Virus record (IMG/VR): IMGVR_UViG_3300032212_000042
Coordinates: 1 to 42,115 of that record
Source of the DNA: a virus
Lineage: Duplodnaviria > Caudoviricetes
Length of the DNA stretch: 42,115 nucleotides
Reading direction: 5' to 3' (one strand)
Below the pieces are notes generated by a model. It made no database searches and was not told the origin of the DNA. It was given only the letters and a program-made list of their open reading frames with translations. Positions 17,196 through 24,908 of the stretch are shown one piece after another; within the stretch, counting starts at the first letter, position 1, and each line of letters starts with the position of its first letter. The position numbers and the translations under genes are program-made.

Positions 17196-17768
17196 TTAAT
17201 CCCAATATGCAGTAGCATCCATCCAGTTAGGATAGTTATTTTTTAGGTATTCTATTGCTGTGAGTTCTAATATTTTTAGTGCTGAAAAAAATTCAGCAGA
17301 ATATTGCTTACATTGTCTTTCTTCTGTTTGAAATATAACGTTATCACTATCAAACACCTGAAACAGAACGGAGTTTTTTAAGTCATAATCTTGTCTTACT
17401 GAATATCTTCTGGTTAAAGTTAAACTGGCCCGACGATCGTAAAATGCTGCTTTGTAAAATATATTGGCTCTTTTTCGCCCTTTTTCATCAAGTAAGTCGG
17501 TATGCATGGAATGGTCAGTTGCTTGTTTTGTCCATCCATCAGGGAATTGAGCCTGTATAAATATCTCATCAACTTCATCCCCGAAAATAAAGCCTAATTT
17601 TTCAAGCTCTTCTTTTGGGCAGTCTATTGGTAGAGTTTGATCTAAGCAGAAATCTACCTGTCCTGCTGCCTCCTGTGCTTCTATCCCCCCAGGGGTACTA
17701 GCTGCCTTAAAATTCTCTTCATCGCCATTAAATAACGCCTGTGTTGCTGCTGGTGTAATATTTGACAT
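17196..17768 (-). CDS. Conserved hypothetical phage protein
   Basis: GGAG RBS; PGGIEAQEAAGQ...PDGW...TDHSM...D.KGRKRA.IFYKAAFYDR pattern. Confidence 0.75.
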   Translation of the reverse strand: MSNITPAATQALFNGDEENFKAASTPGGIEAQEAAGQVDFCLDQTLPIDCPKEELEKLGFIFGDEVDEIFIQAQFPDGWTKQATDHSMHTDLLDEKGRKRANIFYKAAFYDRRASLTLTRRYSVRQDYDLKNSVLFQVFDSDNVIFQTEERQCKQYSAEFFSALKILELTAIEYLKNNYPNWMDATAYWD

Positions 17769-17952
17769 AATAAATTCTCCAAAAATTAAATTAGAGTAAC
17801 GGCTAGACTTTAGGGGAAAGAGTGAGATAAAATACGGTTAAATCTGTTGAAGCTTGAATTACGTACTCTATATACTGATTCCCGCAAGTGCTGATAACAC
17901 GTTACAGATAAGTTATACTAAACCTTGCACCTCCCTTACGCAAGTACAAATT

Positions 17953-17976
17953 AAGCTCTTTATTGAGCTTTTTTTG
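17953..17976 (+). terminator. Intrinsic terminator-like hairpin
   Basis: AAGCTC-TTTATT-GAGCTT followed by T-run. Confidence 0.6.
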
Positions 17977-17997
17977 TGCCCGTGATACAATGAAAAT

Positions 17998-18186
17998 ATG
18001 GTCACTGTAAATATAAAAGGCAAAGAATACAGCTTAAAAGAAGCTAGAGAGATTTATGATGAGCTATCTCTGTTGTTTAAAGAGGATTCCATTGCAGTTA
18101 AGCCAACATACACACCAGACACTTTTAAGCCTGTTATTATGCCATTATCCGACCCGTCTACTCCACCGTATAAAATAACTTGTTAA
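17998..18186 (+). CDS. Hypothetical protein, lone rightward gene in leftward operon
   Basis: 62 aa with natural composition; followed by terminator; weak RBS. Confidence 0.55.
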   Translation: MVTVNIKGKEYSLKEAREIYDELSLLFKEDSIAVKPTYTPDTFKPVIMPLSDPSTPPYKITC

Positions 18187-18188
18187 TC

Positions 18189-18238
18189 AGCCCTAGATTA
18201 GGATTGCGGATTCACGGTCGGTCTAGGGCTTTTTTATT
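18189..18238 (+). terminator. Large-loop hairpin with T-tract
   Basis: AGCCCTAGA-N24-TCTAGGGCT-TTTTT. Confidence 0.6.
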
Positions 18239-18270
18239 CTCCTCACTACGTGGCTGGGTACGTTATTTAA

Positions 18271-18657
18271 TTAAAATTTTGGCATATGCGTTGAGCAAGT
18301 ATGTCGGTATCCGTCTTTTGTTGGCGTACCGCATGATGCTTCTGAAATACAGTCATCTTCATCGCATATTAAACCTATATCGTCGTATATCCAGCCTTCT
18401 TTTCTAAGTGCATGAGCGATTCTGTCTGATACTTCAGCGTAGGGGCCCGAGCAGTACCAATCCATATAATCACCTTCACCCTTTATTTCTGCTATTAATC
18501 CGCCTGCCGCTCTGAATGAGTAGCTGGCTTCCAGGTGTTTTTCAGGGTGATACCAATCAACATTAGCCAATGCAGACCATAGCTCAACACAGACTTTGTC
18601 ATTATTCCTTATTAGCACTCCTAGCATCTTTTTTATTGATTTTTCAAACTCTTTCAT
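18271..18657 (-). CDS. Conserved hypothetical protein with C-terminal Cys/His cluster
   Basis: AGGAG RBS; SFRAAGGLIAEI...GDYMDWYCSG; C..C...C...C..H. Confidence 0.7.
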   Translation of the reverse strand: MKEFEKSIKKMLGVLIRNNDKVCVELWSALANVDWYHPEKHLEASYSFRAAGGLIAEIKGEGDYMDWYCSGPYAEVSDRIAHALRKEGWIYDDIGLICDEDDCISEASCGTPTKDGYRHTCSTHMPKF

Positions 18658-18666
18658 TTTATTCTC

Positions 18667-18837
18667 CTATAAGTGGTTATTTACTTTTATTCTCAACAAA
18701 CCCATTATCACAGTACAATGACCAATCGCTTTATAAGTGGGTTTACCGTATCTACAGCACCATTTATTACTCTTTTCGTCCTTTATTCCATGTGTCCAGA
18801 GATAGGCGCATTTTTTACATTTATTAGGGATTTTCAT
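18667..18837 (-). CDS. 56-aa Cys-rich protein (not in ORF track)
   Basis: TAATG coupling; MKIPNKCKKC...WCC...HC. Confidence 0.55.
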   Translation of the reverse strand: MKIPNKCKKCAYLWTHGIKDEKSNKWCCRYGKPTYKAIGHCTVIMGLLRIKVNNHL

Positions 18838-19064
18838 TATTCAGGTGCCTCAGGTAAAGGCATCCAGTGAGTGGCTTGATTCCACCAGATTTTCATATTT
18901 CCATCATGATCAAAATAGTATGGCTCAAACCAATCCGGGGTATGGTCAGAGCCATCAAGAATATATGTGATATACTGGGTTACTCCTTTTGCTCGAATGA
19001 GAACGGGTTCGCCGTAGCCTGGCAATTCATCTTCTACGCTTATCCATTCATAATTAATCATCAA
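18837..19064 (-). CDS. DUF551-domain protein
   Basis: WISVEDELP...THWMPLPEAP. Confidence 0.85.
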   Translation of the reverse strand: MMINYEWISVEDELPGYGEPVLIRAKGVTQYITYILDGSDHTPDWFEPYYFDHDGNMKIWWNQATHWMPLPEAPE

Positions 19065-19395
19065 ATTGTCCTTTTTCGTATTCTACTTTTACGCAAGCGA
19101 TTCTGTTGGTAGCTGCACATTCATCAGCCTCTTCTCTTGATGCGTATGAGAATTCACGTCCATCAGGATACATATTAATATATACGGTATGCTTCTCAGG
19201 TACGTTTATTAAGTTATTTTTATGAGGCTCGGCACTGAGTGAACATGTTCCATCAATAGTGAATAAATCACAAACCTCATAATCACCTCTATCTGTTAGT
19301 GCTACTATCGGATAATCACTTCTTTTCATATCAGTACAAATTATCCTGGCTTTTCTACCATCACGAGTTTGAACGGGTTTATTTAAATCTAACAT
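19054..19395 (-). CDS. Conserved hypothetical phage protein
   Basis: KPVQTRDGRKARIICTD...YPIVAL pattern. Confidence 0.75.
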   Translation of the reverse strand: MLDLNKPVQTRDGRKARIICTDMKRSDYPIVALTDRGDYEVCDLFTIDGTCSLSAEPHKNNLINVPEKHTVYINMYPDGREFSYASREEADECAATNRIACVKVEYEKGQFDD

Positions 19396-19397
19396 GG

Positions 19398-19631
19398 TTA
19401 TTCCTCTGTAGTTGCTGATAGAATGGCTTCAACAACATCATCATGCGTGTATAAACCATCGTGTTCTTCATCTTTAAACGCCTTAACACAGGCATTTCTT
19501 TGTGCTTCCATAGCCTTTAAATGATCTTCATATAGAACATAAAGGCCATCTTCTGTTTCTTTACTCTTGGTTATCGGAATGTGCGTCATTTCAAGGTATT
19601 CTTCATCAATTACTACTAAGTATCTTTTCAT
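19398..19631 (-). CDS. Hypothetical protein
   Basis: GAGGA RBS; DGLYVLYEDH motif. Confidence 0.65.
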   Translation of the reverse strand: MKRYLVVIDEEYLEMTHIPITKSKETEDGLYVLYEDHLKAMEAQRNACVKAFKDEEHDGLYTHDDVVEAILSATTEE

Positions 19632-19640
19632 AATATCCTC

Positions 19641-19847
19641 TTATTCATCATTCCAGCATTGGCATTGAGTGTCTGTGCTACCACAGTGATTACAAAAACA
19701 ACTAAAGACTTCAACTCTTTCGTCCTCTGTCAAAGCAAGAACCTTGTTTGCAACTTTCGCAAAAGCGCGGTTATTTATATGCCAGTCACCCTCTGGGATC
19801 GTTCTAAACATCAATTTACCGTCTATAAATTTTTCTTCGTAGTACAT
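19641..19847 (-). CDS. Hypothetical protein with C-terminal Cys motif; first leftward early gene
   Basis: AGGAGG RBS; FCNHCG...CQCWNDE. Confidence 0.7.
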   Translation of the reverse strand: MYYEEKFIDGKLMFRTIPEGDWHINNRAFAKVANKVLALTEDERVEVFSCFCNHCGSTDTQCQCWNDE

Positions 19848-19859
19848 AATTTATTCCTC

Positions 19860-19980
19860 CTGTATTAATTATACGCCCCATAATAACAGGCGCTAATCAG
19901 TAGTTTTAATCCATCATAAATAGATTAAATTATATTTTATTTCTCTCCCTTCTTTGTTTATTATTAAATCTCACTAAATT
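19860..19980. promoter_or_regulatory. Divergence point of the two early gene arrays
   Basis: AT-rich intergenic region between head-to-head genes; individual promoters not resolved. Confidence 0.5.
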
Positions 19981-19990
19981 GGAGAAGATA

Positions 19991-20644
19991 ATGGGCGATT
20001 CAAAGAACAACACAGGTGACCGTAACACAGGTAACCGTAACACAGGTGACAGTAACACAGGTAACTGGAACACAGGTAACCGTAACACAGGTTACCTGAA
20101 CACAGGTGACAGTAACACAGGTAACCGTAACACAGGTGACAGTAACACAGGTAACCGTAACACAGGTAACCGTAACACAGGTAACCGTAACACAGGTAAC
20201 TGGAACACAGGTAACCGTAACACAGGTTACCTGAACACAAACGAACCTACTGTGAGGATATTTAATAAAGACTCTGGGTTAGCTTTTAGTGATATATCTA
20301 TTCCAGATTTCTTTTATTTTGAAACATCAATATGGATTTATGGATGTGATATGAGTGACAAAGAAAAAGAAGACAACCCGTCTTATAAATGTGTTGATGG
20401 TTATTTAAAGACTCTTGATTATAAAGAGGCATGGAGGAATTCATGGGATAAAGCGGGAGAAGATGATAGGGAAAAATTATTTAAGCTCCCTAATTTCAAT
20501 GCTGAAATTTTCAAAGAGATATCAGGTATAGATGTTAATTATAAAAATAAACCCACAATTAATATAGGTGGTGTTGATTATTTGGCTTGTGATATTGAGG
20601 AAGCGCTAAAAGACATTGAGCCAGCAAAAAATAGTGACGGTTGA
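19991..20644 (+). CDS. NTGxx pentapeptide-repeat protein
   Basis: 15 NTGxx units then GYLK..YKEAW...LPNFNAEIFKEISGID domain; GGAG RBS before ATG 19991. Confidence 0.85.
   Translation: MGDSKNNTGDRNTGNRNTGDSNTGNWNTGNRNTGYLNTGDSNTGNRNTGDSNTGNRNTGNRNTGNRNTGNWNTGNRNTGYLNTNEPTVRIFNKDSGLAFSDISIPDFFYFETSIWIYGCDMSDKEKEDNPSYKCVDGYLKTLDYKEAWRNSWDKAGEDDREKLFKLPNFNAEIFKEISGIDVNYKNKPTINIGGVDYLACDIEEALKDIEPAKNSDG
20009..20239 (+). repeat. 15 x 15-bp coding tandem repeat AACACAGGT-N6
   Basis: Invariant 9-mer plus five hexamer variants (DR, NR, DS, NW, YL). Confidence 0.95.
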
Positions 20645-20668
20645 TTATTCATTAAATAACCTTATAAT
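20641..20668 (+). promoter_or_regulatory. Sigma70-like promoter candidate
   Basis: TTGATT-16 nt-TATAAT. Confidence 0.4.
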
Positions 20669-20696
20669 ACCTGTATGACTAATCACTTATACACTA

Positions 20697-20897
20697 ATGG
20701 ACACATCTGCACGTATATTAGAAATAATTAATACGCCTCAGGAAGTAAAGCTTGAGGCGATACGTTTGTATTGTGAAAAAAACCATAAGAACTGTTTAGA
20801 GAAAACCACAAGTTTTATTGAGGTAGATCAAAAACTTTGTTTAATAGACCAGTTCTATTTTCGTATCACTAGACCTCACTTAGTTTATCCCCTTTAA
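20697..20897 (+). CDS. Hypothetical protein
   Basis: 66 aa between promoter candidate and terminator; no clear RBS. Confidence 0.45.
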   Translation: MDTSARILEIINTPQEVKLEAIRLYCEKNHKNCLEKTTSFIEVDQKLCLIDQFYFRITRPHLVYPL

Positions 20898-20921
20898 CCC
20901 GCTTAATTGCGGGTTCTTTTT
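20896..20921 (+). terminator. Intrinsic terminator
   Basis: AACCCGC-TTAATT-GCGGGTT-CTTTTT. Confidence 0.75.
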
Positions 20922-21008
20922 ATAAATAAAACTAATCAACCATTGAAAACTTTGATTTCTAATTATCCCTATAATTTTATATGCTTTGTTAAACAAAGGG
21001 GAAAAACT

Positions 21009-21830
21009 ATGACTTATGCAAAAGAACAAAAACCATTAGCAAATGAAATTGAGAAGATAATTAAAATATTTAAGGCCAGTGAGGGTGAGATAAGGCCGCA
21101 TTTCATTCTTACAGGATCTTCTGGGTCAGGTAAAACTCACATTATTAAAAGTTTGTCAGTTCAACAAAAAATAAATTTTGTAGAAGTTAATGCAGCACAA
21201 TTAACAAAAGAGGGGACATCAGGTAACAGTCTTTCAAAAGCCTTAACTCCACTAACAAACAACCAGAATAATTTAACTATCGTATTTGTTGATGAGTTTG
21301 ATAAATTGTTTATTTCCGGTAATAGCAATAGTGATCTAGCTCATGAGTCAACAAATGGGGTTCAAAATGAATTTTTGAAGGTGTTAGAATCTGATGAAAC
21401 ATCTGTATTCGGTGATTATGGTAAATATGTAAATGTGTCAGTAAAGACTGTTTTGTTCATCTTTGCTGGCGCGTTTAACGGAGAAGAGGACGTGAGCTTG
21501 GATAGGTTGCGGGATTTTGGTGTTAAAACTGAATTTTTAGGGCGTGTTGGGCTTGTTTATAATGCTAAAAAATTATCATTAGAGTCTTTGTATGCGGTGT
21601 TGGAAAATTCAGAGCTATTATCTAATTATCTAAGTTTGTTCCCAGAAGTTAATAGACAGGCTGTAATTAAATCCGTTCGGGAGTATATGCAGATGTATTA
21701 CGAGCAAAATACACTTGGCGTGAGATTAATTAATACACTTGTTAGTCAGTATTTTATTAAAAGCGGGAAACTTGGCTTCGAAGAGGTTAAAAAGTCATGC
21801 TTTACAAAAGTTTTGTCGTTTGAAGATTAA
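21009..21830 (+). CDS. ClpX/HslU-like AAA+ ATPase (minimal, 273 aa)
   Basis: Walker A GSSGSGKT, Walker B IVFVDEFDK, GVQNEFLKVLE, LFIFAGAF, EFLGR, LGVR; AGGGG RBS before ATG 21009. Confidence 0.8.
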   Translation: MTYAKEQKPLANEIEKIIKIFKASEGEIRPHFILTGSSGSGKTHIIKSLSVQQKINFVEVNAAQLTKEGTSGNSLSKALTPLTNNQNNLTIVFVDEFDKLFISGNSNSDLAHESTNGVQNEFLKVLESDETSVFGDYGKYVNVSVKTVLFIFAGAFNGEEDVSLDRLRDFGVKTEFLGRVGLVYNAKKLSLESLYAVLENSELLSNYLSLFPEVNRQAVIKSVREYMQMYYEQNTLGVRLINTLVSQYFIKSGKLGFEEVKKSCFTKVLSFED

Positions 21831-21845
21831 CAAAGGGGAAAGATA

Positions 21846-23018
21846 ATGAATAAAGTTTATTTTAAGAACAATGGTGTTATTGATATAACGTCTGTAACAA
21901 CTTTTGGTGTAAATGCAAAGGAAACTGATAACCCATTTGGTTATTTTGGGACTGGGCTTAAATACGCTATAGCTATACTTCTGCGAGATAATCAATCAAT
22001 AACTGTGTATGCCGGACTTGATAAGTATGTGTTTTCAACTGCTAAAAAGGTTATTCGTGAGAAAGAGTTTGATATCGTTTGCATGAATGATATGCAGCTA
22101 GGTTTTACGCTTGAATTAGGTAAAAACTGGAAGCTTTGGCAGGCTTATAGAGAATTATATTGCAATACTATTGATGAAGCCGGTGTAATTACATTGGATA
22201 CGTGCGAACCAGATGAAGGCAAGACATTAATTGTCATTGAAGGCAAAGAGTTTATTGAATGCCATAAAGAAAAGTCAAATATAATCCTCGAAACAGAGCC
22301 GCTATTTTCAGAAAACGGTATAGACATTCATCTTGGTGGCGGTCACGCAATGTATATGAACACAATCAAGGTTATGGATTCACCTAACCATACAATGTAC
22401 ACGTATAATTTAACTAAGCATATAGAGCTAACAGAAGACAGAACGATAAAGCATGCACATCAAGCTGATGGCGCAGTTAGAAGGGCAGTTATAGGCTGTG
22501 ATAATGTTGACTTTATCAAGGCTTTTTGTACCGCCCCAGAAGGAACTTACGAGCAAAAGCTTGATTGTAATGGCTGGGGGGATATCCCAAGCACTGTATT
22601 TCTTGAGACAGTAAAAAGCTTAAAGTTTAAGGATATAACGAATGCATCTATACTTGCTTTGTACAGAAAATTTACCGAAGTAAAAAAAGAGCCTGAGCCT
22701 GCTGTCATGACAGATATAGAAAAAGAGCAGTTAAAAAGAGCAGTTAAATTCTGTAAAGGCATTGGTTACGAGGCAGACGGATATCAAATAAATGTTACTG
22801 ACGATTTAAGTAAATCAATTTTAGGCATGGTTAGAAATGGCGAAGTTTATCTGTCTCGTCGTGTTTTCCAGCAAGGAACAAAACAGGTTGCCGCGACATT
22901 ATTAGAGGAATACCTGCATATTGAAAAGAAATTCAGCGACGAAACTTATGAATTTCAAACATATCTATTTGACGTAATTATGACATTGGGTGAGCAATTA
23001 AATGGTGAGCCTTTATGA
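21846..23018 (+). CDS. GHKL (HATPase_c)-like ATP-binding protein with C-terminal zincin-like motif
   Basis: FKNNG, FGYFGTGLKYA, AYRELYCNTIDE; C-terminal TLLEEYLH...DET. Confidence 0.6.
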   Translation: MNKVYFKNNGVIDITSVTTFGVNAKETDNPFGYFGTGLKYAIAILLRDNQSITVYAGLDKYVFSTAKKVIREKEFDIVCMNDMQLGFTLELGKNWKLWQAYRELYCNTIDEAGVITLDTCEPDEGKTLIVIEGKEFIECHKEKSNIILETEPLFSENGIDIHLGGGHAMYMNTIKVMDSPNHTMYTYNLTKHIELTEDRTIKHAHQADGAVRRAVIGCDNVDFIKAFCTAPEGTYEQKLDCNGWGDIPSTVFLETVKSLKFKDITNASILALYRKFTEVKKEPEPAVMTDIEKEQLKRAVKFCKGIGYEADGYQINVTDDLSKSILGMVRNGEVYLSRRVFQQGTKQVAATLLEEYLHIEKKFSDETYEFQTYLFDVIMTLGEQLNGEPL

Positions 23019-23185
23019 GTAACTTAAAAACAGACCTGGAAATAGCAGAAGGCATGATAAAAGAAACCTTATACGCATTGGAAAAAAAGCACCCAGACTT
23101 AAAGGTAAGTAATGTCTTTTTCATGTCTGAACCCGGAGAATACCCTATTATTAAAATAAGTATGGAGGTTAAAGACGATGAATAA
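23015..23185 (+). CDS. 56-aa hypothetical protein (not in ORF track)
   Basis: ATGA coupling; MSNLKTDLEIAEG... Confidence 0.55.
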   Translation: MSNLKTDLEIAEGMIKETLYALEKKHPDLKVSNVFFMSEPGEYPIIKISMEVKDDE

Positions 23186-23336
23186 AGACAGAAACTACTT
23201 TGAGCCTTCTCATAACTCAGTAGGTCGTGATTACTACGAGGAGCCAGACGAAGAGACTGAAGAAGAATGGGAAGAACGGACAGACCGTGAAGCAGACGAG
23301 CGAGATTCTTACAAAGAGGAGCGAGGCAATGAGTGA
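23178..23336 (+). CDS. 52-aa highly acidic protein (not in ORF track)
   Basis: GGAGG RBS; 21 of 52 residues Asp/Glu. Confidence 0.65.
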   Translation: MNKDRNYFEPSHNSVGRDYYEEPDEETEEEWEERTDREADERDSYKEERGNE

Positions 23337-23559
23337 TTACGCAAGAGCCAGGGCATACATTGACTACGCAAGAGCCAGGGCATACATTGACTACGTCAAA
23401 GACGGTGAAGAAGGTCTTCCAGAAGGGTTAAGCTTTGATGAATACCATCTTAGGAAAGATTATAAATCATATAAAGCTAAATTAGCCGATGAAGAAAGAA
23501 TGCTTAATAATGACGCTAAAGTAGAAGCCGGGTTTTATAATATGAGTGAGGATAAATAA
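23329..23559 (+). CDS. Hypothetical protein with 27-bp internal tandem duplication
   Basis: GAGGAG RBS before MSDYARARAYIDYARARAYIDY; repeat 23338-23395. Confidence 0.6.
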   Translation: MSDYARARAYIDYARARAYIDYVKDGEEGLPEGLSFDEYHLRKDYKSYKAKLADEERMLNNDAKVEAGFYNMSEDK

Positions 23560-23946
23560 ATGAGTGATTTAGAAAATAAAGCAGTAGATTTTTTGGATAA
23601 ACTTGAGGCATTAACTACTCAGTATGCACCTGATGTAGTTGAAAAGGCGGTTGCAGCCGTTTCTGTTACGGGTATCGGTAATTTAATAAACGCGCTATTA
23701 GGAATAGTTTGTTTATGGTTTGCATTTGTTTTAACTAAAAAATTAGTTACATATTGTATTAATAAAAAGATAGAAAACGGGCATATGTCTGATTGGGAAT
23801 TTGGATATACGCTTAGTTTCGCTATTGGTGTATTTATTTGCGGTATTATTGGGGCTTCCAGTGCATTTACTATATTTGATTTATGGAACTGGGTAGCAAT
23901 TTTTAATCCTGAATTAGCCCTGGCTCATAAAGTTTTAGGACTGTGA
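23560..23946 (+). CDS. Two-TM membrane protein
   Basis: GAGGA RBS; two hydrophobic helices; FNPE motif near C-terminus. Confidence 0.7.
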   Translation: MSDLENKAVDFLDKLEALTTQYAPDVVEKAVAAVSVTGIGNLINALLGIVCLWFAFVLTKKLVTYCINKKIENGHMSDWEFGYTLSFAIGVFICGIIGASSAFTIFDLWNWVAIFNPELALAHKVLGL

Positions 23947-23952
23947 GGATAA

Positions 23953-24576
23953 GTGATGAATACTTCTATTAGAGAAATAATTAAATACTCGCCCTGTTAT
24001 TCAGATGAAAAAATGGACGACCTTATTAAAGAAATTGGTATAGATACTGAAATTAGTTTCAAGCAAATACTAGACAGGGTGGGAATTAAGGACGCCGTGT
24101 GGTGCTTAAGAGTTTTGGATTATAAGGAAATATGTTTATTCTGTGCTGATGTAGCCGAATCTGTATTGTATATTTTCGAGGAAAAATACCCGAATGATAA
24201 AAGACCACGTGAAGCAATTGAAGGCATTAGAAAGTATCATAGCGATGATATAACAATTGAGGATTTACAAAAATTAAGAGCTGATGCTGCTGCTGCTTAT
24301 GCTGATGCTGCTGCTGATGCTGCTGCTGCTGCTGCTGCTTATGCTGCTTATGCTGCTTATGCTGCTTATGCTGCTTATGCTACTGATGCTGCTGATGCTG
24401 CTGCTGCTTATGCTGATACTGCTACTGATGCTTATGCTTATGCTGCTTATGCTGCTTATGCTGATGCTGCTGCTGCTTATGCTGATGCTGCTGCTGCAGC
24501 TGCTGCTGCAGCAAAACAAAAACAATGGAAGAAAACAGAAGAACTATTTATTAAATATTTTTGTGAGGATAAGTGA
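23953..24576 (+). CDS. Imm5-like domain protein with Ala/Tyr/Asp low-complexity tract
   Basis: FCADVAESVL.IFE..YPNDKRPREAIE pattern followed by poly-Ala tract. Confidence 0.7.
   Translation: MMNTSIREIIKYSPCYSDEKMDDLIKEIGIDTEISFKQILDRVGIKDAVWCLRVLDYKEICLFCADVAESVLYIFEEKYPNDKRPREAIEGIRKYHSDDITIEDLQKLRADAAAAYADAAADAAAAAAAYAAYAAYAAYAAYATDAADAAAAYADTATDAYAYAAYAAYADAAAAYADAAAAAAAAAKQKQWKKTEELFIKYFCEDK
24280..24512 (+). repeat. GCT/TAT/GAT trinucleotide-built coding repeat
   Basis: (GCT)n interrupted by TAT, GAT, ACT. Confidence 0.9.
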
Positions 24577-24908
24577 TGTACTCACCAGAAAAGATATACC
24601 ACGCACTCATGGAAACCGGCACAGACTACGCAGATAAAAAAGCGGCTTACATGGCATTAGATGATTCAACCAAATCTATATTAGCTGATGCTTTTACTGA
24701 ATTTAAGGAGGGTAGCGCCACAGAAAAGAAAGAGAAAGCCTTAGCTAGTGATTTGTATTTAGCGCACTTAAATAGCCTTGGTGTAGCTCGTAGGGCGTTT
24801 TTATTGGCAGAAGTAAAGTATTTCAGCACTAAAGCCCTGGCAGATGCTAAAAGAACCGAGCAAAGCACTAAACGAACCGAAATGCAGCACATATCAGGGC
24901 TGATTTAA
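24573..24908 (+). CDS. Helical hypothetical protein (possibly UvsY-like recombination mediator)
   Basis: All-helical pattern with SATEKKEKALASDLY; weak resemblance only. Confidence 0.5.
   Translation: MMYSPEKIYHALMETGTDYADKKAAYMALDDSTKSILADAFTEFKEGSATEKKEKALASDLYLAHLNSLGVARRAFLLAEVKYFSTKALADAKRTEQSTKRTEMQHISGLI

Larger units (their letters stand above)
23942..24578. repeat. 17-bp direct repeat pair TGTGAGGATAAGTGATG (23942-23958, 24562-24578)
   Basis: Exact copies containing RBS and start; partial third copy GTGAGGATAA at 23546-23555. Confidence 0.85.

Noticed and set aside
18570-19112. Plus-strand ORFs 18570, 18673 and 18867
   Set aside because: Coupled minus-strand genes (including the unlisted 18667..18837) already tile the region.
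20009-20239. CRISPR array or DGR template/variable repeat (AAC-rich)
   Set aside because: 15-bp period with recurring 6-nt variants, in frame in a protein; no unique spacers, cas genes, reverse transcriptase or adenine-specific repeat pair.
19974-20240. Cys/Tyr-rich minus-strand ORF
   Set aside because: Antisense shadow of the pentapeptide repeat.
24274-24637. Poly-Ser and poly-Leu/Met ORFs
   Set aside because: Alternative-frame by-products of the GCT tract.
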